Shown one piece after another: positions 11,623-21,937 of a DNA stretch of 54,221 nucleotides. Position numbers and translations under genes: made by a program. Below the pieces are notes generated by a model that was not told where the DNA came from, did not search any database, and saw only the letters and a program-made list of their open reading frames with translations. Location of the stretch: contig NC_068985.1 in NCBI RefSeq assembly GCF_001194135.2, forward strand, positions 63,937,301 to 63,991,521, written 5' to 3'. Each line of letters starts with the position of its first letter. Position 1 is the stretch's first letter. The stretch is from Octopus bimaculoides. Lineage: Eukaryota.

Positions 11623-13342
11623 CATCTTATTAATGTACAGTGGTGTTTACCACATTGCTGTGTAGTGCTGCTAGTATAGCTATTTGGAGCAGACAATACT
11701 AATTCATATCATTTACAAAAGAACAGGTGTGAGGGGAGGGTGGAAAGGGAGAAAAGAAAAAGAGGGAAGAGAAGGGGATAGAAAAAGAGTATGTGTGGGA
11801 TTAAGTGCAATGAGCCAAGAGATTGTTACTGGGTTGTGCAGAAGAGGAGGGGTGTAGAAGAAAGAGTACTTGATCTCTTATTACTTGTTGAACAACTGTC
11901 TCAACAGAGCCAGAGCAGCAAGTGTGTGAGTGTGTGCAACCATGTGTGAATATATATACATGTTTTCACAGGTGGAGATTAGTACACAAATATAATAAGA
12001 GGAAAGGGTATACTTCTCTCATAATAGTTACTACATCTTCATAAAGACTAAATTTACAATTGCCAACTAAGAAAAACAAAACTGAATTAAGCTGAGTGAG
12101 TTAAGATTGAAATTGAGAAAACTAATCAGAGAGAATAATTCTAAATCTGGAGACCATGACTGGCACTTAACATCACTGCCAGTCATGGTCACTAGACTGA
12201 GAAGAACTACCAAGGGGTTCTTCTAACATAATCCAATGACTGACTGATAATCAGAAAACATTAGGTAAGCAAAGAAACAAAAACAAGCTTTCGTAGATCA
12301 AGAAGCAGCATACTGCCAACAATAAGTGTCAACAGACATTCAAAGTGCAAAGAAGAAAAAAAGACACATAAATACACATACACACATTTGTGTCTTGCAC
12401 ATGTGCAAAAACTTGAAAAACTAACATTATATAAGAAACGCTCATTCATAGAGTAATGTCTCCAGGGTATTCAGGATATATCATTGAAAGATTCTAATCT
12501 ACAAACATTGCAGCTATTTGGTAGAATTTACTGATAAAACATTCTCTTCAGCAACTGACAAAAAGAATGCCGAAGATTCAATGAAGTTTTGTGGCTGCCA
12601 ACTTGGTTATTTGACTTCTTTCTCAAATGATATCTGAATCACTCTGCTGAAAGCAAGAATAAGGGCATTAGCAAGACTATTGGAAATAAAAACATTTTCA
12701 TACTTATTCTCAATAGAATTTCATTGTGGATAGAGAGACCCCCACATATATAACATTTAGAAAACAGTAAAAAAAAAATTCAAGAAAAACTACTCAGGAC
12801 TGATTATACATATAGTTATTTATCTCTAAGTTGATCAGAGGAGGAGCAGAGGACAGTACTAATGACCTTTATAGGTCACATTCCTAGACTGATAGGACTG
12901 ATGCCCTGATGGTTAACTGGAACATTTGTAAAAGTTTAAAAGAAAAGTATGGGCAAAGGAGGTAATTTCAAATGTTCTGGGTATGAACAATTAACCCAAG
13001 TATTTACTAACAACTGTTTTTATTTTATTTCATTTTTTTTATCATTTGCTGAGAAGGTCACCAAGGGTCACCAAGACTGGTGGTAGAGAGGGAAAGAAGT
13101 ATCCTGAAATCAAAGACTTGGGCCAAGACATTTGCAACAGAGTTGACTCTGCTTAAGTCACCCAAGGTACCATGGGAACAGATCAAGTTTACCAACCATG
13201 TAGGCCATGATATGATTGGAACTCAGAATGTTAAGAGCCAGTCCACTATCTTCCATTGATACTCTACTGACCCACTAAAGATAAAAGGCAGAGTTACTTC
13301 AGTGGAAATTGAACTTGGAAAACAAGGAACAGAAATGTATAC

Positions 13343-13760
13343 ATCATCATCCTCACCGTCCGTTTAACATCCGCTTTCCATGCTGGCATGGGTTGGACAG
13401 TTTGACTGAGGACTGGCAAGCCAGTAGGTTACACCAGGATCCAATCTGATCTGGCAAGGTTTCTACAGCTGGATGCCCTTCCTAACACCAACCGCTCTGA
13501 GAGTCTAGTGAGTGCATTTTACATGCCACTGGCATGGGGGCCAGTCAGGTGGTACTGGTATCAACCACGCTTGAATGGTGCATTTTACATGCTACCAGCA
13601 CAGCAACAATCATGCTCTGGCAACAATCATGCTCAGATGGTGCCTTTTACATGCCACTGGCACGGGTGCCAGTCAGGCAGTACTGGCATCAGCCACAACA
13701 ATGATTTCACTTGACTCAACAGGTCTTCTCAAGCACAGTATATTGCCCAAACATAGTAAA
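13343..13760 (-). mobile_element. RTE-family 3' UTR and tail fragment
   Basis: (CAT)n tail, conserved terminal block and repeated GTGCxTTTTACATGCCA units. Confidence 0.85.
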
Positions 13761-13949
13761 TTGCTCAAGCACAATATATTGCACAAGCTATGTTATCCAA
13801 CACTCCATTGTTTCTATGTGAGTCAAACAGAATATACTTCAAAATTTGTCTGAAATTCTGTAAAGGTTTTAGAACTTCAGGGAATTAATTTTGTAAAGAA
13901 CGACTGGCACATTTTCCTTTTAAAATTTGTAATTACTATTATTATTAAA

Positions 13950-14115
13950 TTGGTAAGCTGGCAGAATCATTACCACACCAGACAATATGCTTAGCAGCAT
14001 TTCTTCTGGCTTTATGTTCCGAGTTAAAATTCTGACAAGCTTGACTTATCCTTTCAGGGTTGATAAAATGAGGACCAGTTCAGCACAGGGCTTTGTGCCT
14101 ATAGTAGAAAGAACT
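13950..14115 (+). mobile_element. tRNA-headed SINE with Nin/Deu-like body, internally deleted
   Basis: TAAGCTGGCAGAATC...GAGTTAAAATTC...CCTTTCAGGGTTGATAAAATGAGGACCAG...GTGCCTATAGTAGAAAG, preceded by ATT repeats. Similar to 45738-45960. Confidence 0.65.
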
Positions 14116-14454
14116 GGCTGCTACAAGTTTAAACCCTTCCCACTCCATTTCCTCTAGTTCCCAGAATTAAATGAAGATTCCAATGGTTTTATTAATATGA
14201 AATTTGATGGTTCTTTCTAAATTTGAAGTCATTTTTCTATTTTCTGACTTCTTGATTTATTGTTATGCAATATGTCAATGATTTCCAGTTCTGCAGACCA
14301 TTAATCATTTTTCAAGGTACTGGAATTAGAATGGTTGCAAGTCCATATATTGCAGTAACTGCAGAGTTTGGGGAGGAAGGTTATTACAGAACCGAAGAGC
14401 ATATGTCCTGTAAAATCATTAGAACATCAGAGAAAACGACATGGTATTTATTCT

Positions 14455-14620
14455 CGCCCTTTTCATTCGGAATTCAAATTCCACCAAGGTTGACTTTGCC
14501 TTTCATCCTTTTGAGGTCAATAAAATAAGTATCAGTCAAGCACTAAGGTTGATGTAATCAACTGGCTCCCTCCACCAAAATTTCAAACCTTGTGCCTACA
14601 TAGGCACAAGGTCTGAAAAG
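14455..14620 (+). mobile_element. Nin/Deu-like SINE fragment
   Basis: AATTCAAATTCCACCAAGGTTGACTTTGCCTTTCATCCTTTTGAGGTCAATAAAATAAGTATCAG, followed by a TAA/TTA-rich tract. Confidence 0.7.
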
Positions 14621-14887
14621 ATTCCTTATTATTATTCATGATTATTATAATAGAATAATAATGATAACAATGGTCTATTATTAATAGTATAATTATTGAT
14701 AAAATAATATTATTAATAATTATTGGTAGAAAGGATTATTATTATTATTATTCTCTTAGCTGTTAGGTGACATCAAACAATCAAATCACTGGTTCTTAGT
14801 TTTATACTGTCTACCATTAAAATAAAATCAATAGAAACTGAGGTACAGTTTTGTGAGATAATGTTTCACAAGAGCAGGAATTTTTAG

Positions 14888-14954
14888 ATTATTAAACTGT
14901 AGTTATCTTCCGAGGTTCCCCAGAAACATTCAATGGAAAATGACTGAGGAACAG
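14888..14954 (+). CDS. Candidate internal coding exon LLNCSYLPRFPRNIQWKMTEEQ
   Basis: GAATTTTTAG|A TTA...GAA CAG|GTAAAG, phase 2/0, open frame. A linking exon to 17346 would be needed, possibly in the gap 15530-16139. Confidence 0.35.
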
Positions 14955-15529
14955 GTAAAGAATTATTAACTAACCAATTCATAGGTTTTCAGTTCAAATC
15001 CAATACAAATGTTTTAGTGTTTAGTTTGAAAATACAATTATACTTCTTATTTATCTAGTTATGAATAATAGTTAATGGAGGTGCTGGGAATGTTCCTGGA
15101 CAGGTGTCCTAACTATGAGAAGATTTATCCTTCATTTATTAAGTGAAACCAAAATGAAGCAAAAGTTCTTAAAATATCAATCAGAACCTCTTTCCTTCTT
15201 TCTTTTTTTTTTTTTTGTATATTTTTTTTCTAAAACAAGCATATTAGAACAACAGAAATAATGTAAAATACATTATTTAGGTTGTGCTAACCTGCTTGTT
15301 TAAAAAAAAGTATACAAAAAAAGCCTCTGAAGTTCTGATAGATATGTTAAGGACTGACTTCTGGTTTCACAAAGTTTCAAAAGTCAATGATAACCAGACT
15401 GCCATTTTGGTTTACAGAAAATTCACAGAGAATTATGGAAGAAACTTATCTTACTCTCATGTCAATCAAATAAGCAAACAGAATTAATTAAAACAAAATT
15501 ACTTTTGTAGCAATGCGTTGATGGTTTTT

Positions 15530-16139
15530 NNNNNNNNNNNNNNNNNNNNNNNNNNNNNNNNNNNNNNNNNNNNNNNNNNNNNNNNNNNNNNNNNNNNNNN
15601 NNNNNNNNNNNNNNNNNNNNNNNNNNNNNNNNNNNNNNNNNNNNNNNNNNNNNNNNNNNNNNNNNNNNNNNNNNNNNNNNNNNNNNNNNNNNNNNNNNNN
15701 NNNNNNNNNNNNNNNNNNNNNNNNNNNNNNNNNNNNNNNNNNNNNNNNNNNNNNNNNNNNNNNNNNNNNNNNNNNNNNNNNNNNNNNNNNNNNNNNNNNN
15801 NNNNNNNNNNNNNNNNNNNNNNNNNNNNNNNNNNNNNNNNNNNNNNNNNNNNNNNNNNNNNNNNNNNNNNNNNNNNNNNNNNNNNNNNNNNNNNNNNNNN
15901 NNNNNNNNNNNNNNNNNNNNNNNNNNNNNNNNNNNNNNNNNNNNNNNNNNNNNNNNNNNNNNNNNNNNNNNNNNNNNNNNNNNNNNNNNNNNNNNNNNNN
16001 NNNNNNNNNNNNNNNNNNNNNNNNNNNNNNNNNNNNNNNNNNNNNNNNNNNNNNNNNNNNNNNNNNNNNNNNNNNNNNNNNNNNNNNNNNNNNNNNNNNN
16101 NNNNNNNNNNNNNNNNNNNNNNNNNNNNNNNNNNNNNNN
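15530..16139. other. Assembly gap. Other gaps: 21072-21214, 25025-25556, 32683-32692, 50522-51508, 52370-52379
   Basis: Runs of N. Confidence 1.
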
Positions 16140-16846
16140 ATATAATGACAGTTTAAAAAATAAGAATTAAAAAGGCAAAAAAAAAATTTTTTCCGTTTTG
16201 AATGTAGCCTCTCTATCACCAACAGGAATATTTTTTACAGCTAAAACTTAATTGTAAAAAAAAAAAAAATGAAACCTCAGTTGCAACCATTTCAGCCTGT
16301 AAAATCCATTTTGGCAAATTTCCAGCAAGACAAAGTAATTCCTTATAGATGGTACTTACCTGAAACAGAAACAAAACAAATTTCAGTATATAATGATGTG
16401 TACAAAGTTTGTATTGACATATACAATTTAGAATAACACACACACAAGTATAAATACATATTAAACTGTTTGTCTTTTGGAAGAATTGTAAAAGAGAGAA
16501 GAGGAGGAAGAAGTAAATAAATACCCATGACCATTTCTGTTTATAACAGAAATAACATTTTAACTGTTAGCTTCTTCCAAAAATACATTGATTTTTCCCC
16601 TCACCCATTCTCAATATGGAGGGAATATGAAACTGAATAGGTCAACATCATTATAACTATTATTATTATTATTTTAACCAGATTCCTGCAAGATAAAACT
16701 CAAACTGCGTTATATGCAACACTCATCAAATATGAAGATTTCTTCCATTTCTGAGTTAATATTGTTAGTTTCCTCATGTATGTATGGAACTAATGAGATG
16801 ATAATGATATTAACATCAATAAATCAATTACTAGTTGTCATACTAT

Positions 16847-17224
16847 CAAACCTGGGCACCAAGCCATTGCTCATTAATTAATGAAATTAACATTTTCGTT
16901 AATGATTTAACATTTTTAAGTTAACTTTGGAAATCATTATTGGAAAAATTAACATTCATTACATTTAACTTCCGTTAACTCAAGTTGAGTTAGCTTCCAT
17001 TAACTTCAATTAAATTGAGGTTAACAGATTTTATAGTTTTGGCACTTTTTAAAGGTGTTTTTCAATGGTTTTAGAGCAGAAATTGATTTTTGGGGGTTAT
17101 TTTTTATGATAAAAATTGATGTTAACAGTTTAACGATAACTTCCTTAACAATTATTCAAGTTAACTTTTTGGTTAATGAATTAACAGTTAAAGTTAAATT
17201 TTCAATTAACAGTGTCCACTTTTG
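16847..17224. mobile_element. hAT-type MITE with TTAAC-rich subterminal repeats
   Basis: TIRs CAAACCTGGGCAC and (rc) CAAAAGTGGACAC. 8-bp duplication CATACTAT (16839-16846) and CATACTAC (17225-17232). A partial inverted copy lies at about 10075-10150. Confidence 0.75.
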
Positions 17225-17345
17225 CATACTACTAAGTTAAACCCTGCAGATTTCCATCACAGAAAATTGATAAACTATTGTGTCTCCTTATCAACTGACA
17301 CAAAAACTGGGCAATTCTCAACTACATTCACCTTATTGCTTACAG

Positions 17346-17438
17346 AATTAAAGCTGAAATGATTATTAAACACCTTATGACATGTCTTCTAAATTACAAA
17401 GCCAGAAACATTCGACAGGATCATCTTTCCTCTTTGAG
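17346..17438 (+). CDS. Probable penultimate coding exon of an unidentified host gene (IKAEMIIKHLMTCLLNYKARNIRQDHLSSL)
   Basis: Acceptor CACCTTATTGCTTACAG, consensus donor GAG|GTGAGT, 93 nt, phase 2/2. Only one frame is open and it joins 18213 in frame. Confidence 0.55.
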
Positions 17439-18212
17439 GTGAGTTAAAGTCTCTGAAGTTTATACTAACTTTGTGAAATTATTCATCTCACTTTTGCCTG
17501 TCTTAAGTATTATATTACATGACACATCTTTACATCTTTCAGTCTTATCAACCAAATTATTAATAATCTCTCTGCACAAGAAAATGTTTCTCACCAATGA
17601 CTGCATATCATTTACAACAGTAACACCACAATAAAGAAATATATTCATATGTAGCCCTTTATTTGGATAGTAATATCTATATGACAATAAAGAAAGCTGT
17701 TTATTATTTAGCTAGAATTATATAACCTTTACTAAAAGAAAGCAATTATTCATGTCTAAGTTGAGTAAAAAAATTTTATAAATTTCAATTTTAATATGTA
17801 TTTTTTTATATGAAATTGAGGCTTTCAAAATTTTTTCATAAATGAAGAACTAAGCACATGCTTCAAACACAAATCTCATTTTCATTCACTGCAATAAGCT
17901 TTCTAGGCCAAATATTCTTGGTAATCTAATCCAACATGGGCATTAAAATTCCCTAAAAGAAAAATTTTATCTTGATTAGGAATTTGGTTCAGTAATATTC
18001 ATAGATCAGAATAGAATTTATCTTTAATTGCATCTCTAGAATCAAATGTAGGTGCATACGCACTTACTAGTGTAGCATATTTTTCTAAGCTAATTGGGGC
18101 TCACAATAACATAAGACAAATCATTAATTACATTTGGTAAGGATTCTAGTTTATATACAATATCATTACTAATAGCAAAACCCACACCAGATTCCCTGTT
18201 TTTCTGCCTCAG

Positions 18213-18288
18213 GTTTACCAAACCAGAAGAAGGTGTACCCTCCAACTACATCATTCAGCTGACCAGAATCTTTTTAGCTTGTCTCTGA
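18213..18288 (+). CDS. Probable terminal coding exon (R)FTKPEEGVPSNYIIQLTRIFLACL*
   Basis: Strong acceptor TTCCCTGTTTTTCTGCCTCAG|G. AG from the upstream exon plus G gives AGG (Arg). 24 codons to TGA at 18286-18288. Confidence 0.55.
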
Positions 18289-21200
18289 AAGAGCAGCAAT
18301 ACTAACATTTTTACTTCACAGAAACCAAGCTATAAGTGCTGTTTAGTGCACAGGATGCTCCTTGTGGTCCTAAAGTGTACAGAGGACATTGTAGTAGTGG
18401 TAGTAAAATTAGAGAGAAGAGACCTTGCATGTCTGTGGTCCACAAATTGGAGTGTGTTGGGAAGGGACTTCATGCCAGTTACTTGGTTGTGGTGTCTATG
18501 ATGTGTGTATGTGTATGTTGGTAGGTGTAGAGAGCCTTTTAGATGTATGGGTGGTACTCCATTATGGGCCTCACCTGAGCTGTTGAGAGTTAGTAGTTGT
18601 TTGGAGCTAAAGCGGAGAACCAATCTTTGCGATGCAGTCTTTACAAGGAGGTATGTTCACTGGGAGCAGTCTACAGAGATGATGAAGTTTAATATTTTAA
18701 AGCAACCTAGATGTTCTTTCTTGTTGCAGTGCTGAATTAGTTAGGAGACTTGGGGCTTTGAGTTAATGTCATGTGTGAAATGTTGAGGGATTTGCTTACG
18801 ACAATGATTTAAAAGTTACTCACCTAGCTTCTTTGATAGGACGGGAGTACTATTAGGAATAGTTAACATAGAACTGGTAGAGCTCCAACTAATTAGTTGA
18901 ATTGAAGTACTAAAGGGGTTTGGATGTGCAGTAAGAGGTATAACAATATAATTGGAGTTATTGTGATAAGGCAAATCTGACAACTCACTAGGCACAGAGA
19001 TGGTGGTAAATGGCTTTGGAAGTGTATAATAATGGCATTTTGCAATGGTGCCTGTTTTTCCATATTGTACATAGCTTCTTATGCCCAGTTATGCAATCTC
19101 CTATTAACACCAGTAGAACTATTTCATGTACAATGATGAAACTAGTTTCTCTTCCACAAGACATGTAAATTATGAAGACAGATAAAGTGATATTTAAATG
19201 CAGAACCATCTAATGATTAATTCATAGACTGGAAAAAATTTTAATAAATTTCTTTTTGCAGCACCATCTTCTACTTCTTCATTTCTGTTGCTATCCAATG
19301 TATTAGTATTAAGTTATTAATGTACATGATTCACCATTATCAATATTTACTTTATCAACTGCCTCCTTTCCTCACTCTTTCTCTCCATCCCTTTCTCCTC
19401 TTGATTTTTATTCATTGAACTCTTTAAAATGTTCTATATTACAGTTCCCATCTACAATCAATTTTCAATTTACAGTTATTATCTAGAATATTGGAATACA
19501 GCTAGATCATTACTTTTACAAAAAACAAAGCACCCTAGCTTCCACCACTAAAAGAGATCAGAAAGTAGAAACTCTGTATATATCTCTAAATGACAGCATG
19601 AGTCATATCAACTTGAGGTTTTGTTCCTGACTTTTCTTGATTCCAGAAAGGATTTCCAATGGTCTGAATGAAAGCGACACTTGTAAATATTTCTACCATA
19701 TTCCACAACAATAAAAAACTAATTTGAAGTGATTTCATACTACATAGAAATAAATTCTTGTATAAAATATGTTGTAGAAATCTTGAGATTCTTTTGGTTG
19801 GTCATTTGTTTTGTGAGGTGGTGATGGGGGGGGGGATCAATTTTAGACAAAACAAAACCCAAACCAATATACATCACCATTTGAATTAATGACTTAACAC
19901 CTCACTAATTAGGTTAACTTGACAGTTTGGAAATCATAAAATATTAACAAAAGTTCTTGAAGACCTTCTCACTCTTTCTCAATGTAGTTTATTATTTGAA
20001 TGTAGGGATGATGTAAAAACCAGGAAAGTGTTTTAACAGACACAGCCACCTATGTTTTGACCAATAGCTTGTTAAGAAATTTTTGAAATAGGTGTCACTG
20101 TTCTTGTTACAGCAACAAACAAACATGCACATACACACACACACACACATACACACATACATACATATTTAAAAGATGAAGAGATTTCACATGAGCAAAT
20201 TCATATGAGAAGAATAAAAAGAAAATGCTGTGAAAACTTTGATAATAGAAAAAAAGTAAGAAAGTATTTACATTTTTAACTAAGCAGCTACAAATTTTGA
20301 TTGCTTTAAAATAAAAGGTAAGATAAATTGAAATAAATTAAATTAATCTTCCATATCATTTCAGGAAGTTCACATGCTCTCCTTACAAAGATTACATGAT
20401 GCTGTATTTCATTTCTTTCTGATTGTTGGTGGGTAATTGTTAACAACAGTAGTGGCTAACTGTAAGTGAAAGGGGCAGCAGGTAGGGATATTAGTGGTAG
20501 TAGCTAGGGATCACAGAGGCTAAAACAGTTGTCCATCTTACAAGTAGTAGCCACTGTAATGACTTTAGCAAAGGTGGCAGTTGTGTTGGTGGTAGTTGTC
20601 TTCCTTTCTCTTTCACAAAAATTTAAATGTGGTTGGAATTTGGTTATGAAGGATATTTCTTTGTTGATGTGTTACTGCTGATTTATGTTATTATTAATTG
20701 ATATAGAGGGAAAACTTGTAAAGTTTGGTTTTTTTCTCCCCTGCACGAACATGTCTTAATTCTTGTATTTTAATTTGTAATCTATATCACACAGTTACTT
20801 ATCTCTATAATTCTGGCTTAGATCTAGCTGGCCGAAAATTCTTATTTCTCAATTCTATATTTCTACCATTCAATATTTACTGTCTCTATGCGACAGAAAT
20901 CCCAAAAGAATATCTCTCTATCTCCCTAATGCTCTGGCCTAACCCTCTCCGCTTTACTGTCTCCCTCGATCCCACTCTCTCTCTTTTCTCCTCCCTCTTT
21001 CGATTAACCCCTTGCTTCGCCAGGACTATAAAACTAGCGCGCGCACCCCAATTCCCCCACTCGACCTAAATNNNNNNNNNNNNNNNNNNNNNNNNNNNNN
21101 NNNNNNNNNNNNNNNNNNNNNNNNNNNNNNNNNNNNNNNNNNNNNNNNNNNNNNNNNNNNNNNNNNNNNNNNNNNNNNNNNNNNNNNNNNNNNNNNNNNN

Positions 21201-21399
21201 NNNNNNNNNNNNNNAGTACCGGAAGTTCCTATCTTCTCCACCAGTACTGTCAGTCCTTGGCTGTCTCCAATGAACACTTCTAAAGGCTTCACGCCATTAG
21301 CCCCACCCCCACTTAGGGTTTATCCCCTATGTAAGGCAGCGATCATATTGTGCAAAATACGATAGTGTAGTAGATGCAGGCTGAAATGAATGCTACTGA

Positions 21400-21937
21400 T
21401 TGTTTATGACTTTTGCAAAATGCGAGCTTTCTTTTCAGGTACTTGACGCTACTGTTCCCTGCCCCAGGGTCTCACGGGCCCATACCTCCCACACCTTCAG
21501 GGTTGGCACTCTCAACGTCGGCACACTGAAAGGTAGGTCTGGTGAAATTGTTGAGATGCTTGAACGGAGATGTGTCGATATCTGCTGCATCCAAGAAGTA
21601 GGGTGGAGAGGCGGTTCCGCTAGGTTCCTCACAGGCAAAGAACACAGATACAAGATTTTCTGGGCAGGGAACACACACGGGGTCAGGGGCGTGGGTATAC
21701 TTCTTGCAGAGAAATGAGTGGATAAGGTAATCGAGGTAGCTAGAGTATGCAATAGAATACTTAAGATTAGATTAGTCTTTCACCATGGGCTAGCAACCAT
21801 TATCTCGGCCTATGCCCCTCAGCCCGGGCTATCCGATGGACAGAAAGACCGATTTTATGACACCCTCTTGCAGACTACCTCGCCGACGAATGACAGGAAC
21901 CTTCTCTTTGTGGCTGGTGACTTCAAATGGTCATGTG
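21400..21937 (+). mobile_element. RTE LINE 5' portion: APE endonuclease, 3' truncated
   Basis: FRVGTLNVGTLKGRSGEIVEMLERRCVDICCIQEVGWRG...GVGILLAEK*VDKVIEV...TIISAYAPQPG...LFVAGDF. CpG-rich, so probably young. Confidence 0.9.

Noticed and set aside
12610-12680. Minus-strand terminal-exon candidate LANALILAFSRVIQISFEKEVK*
   Set aside because: A 23-codon open frame is common by chance at this AT content, and no compatible partner exon was found.
14265-14340. RPLIIFQGTGIRM resembles a pogo/Tigger DDE motif
   Set aside because: Only about 12 residues match, with no further motifs or TIRs.
18545-18585. GGTPLWASPELL resembles a kinase activation segment
   Set aside because: No DFG upstream, no DxWSxG downstream, and no fitting splice sites.
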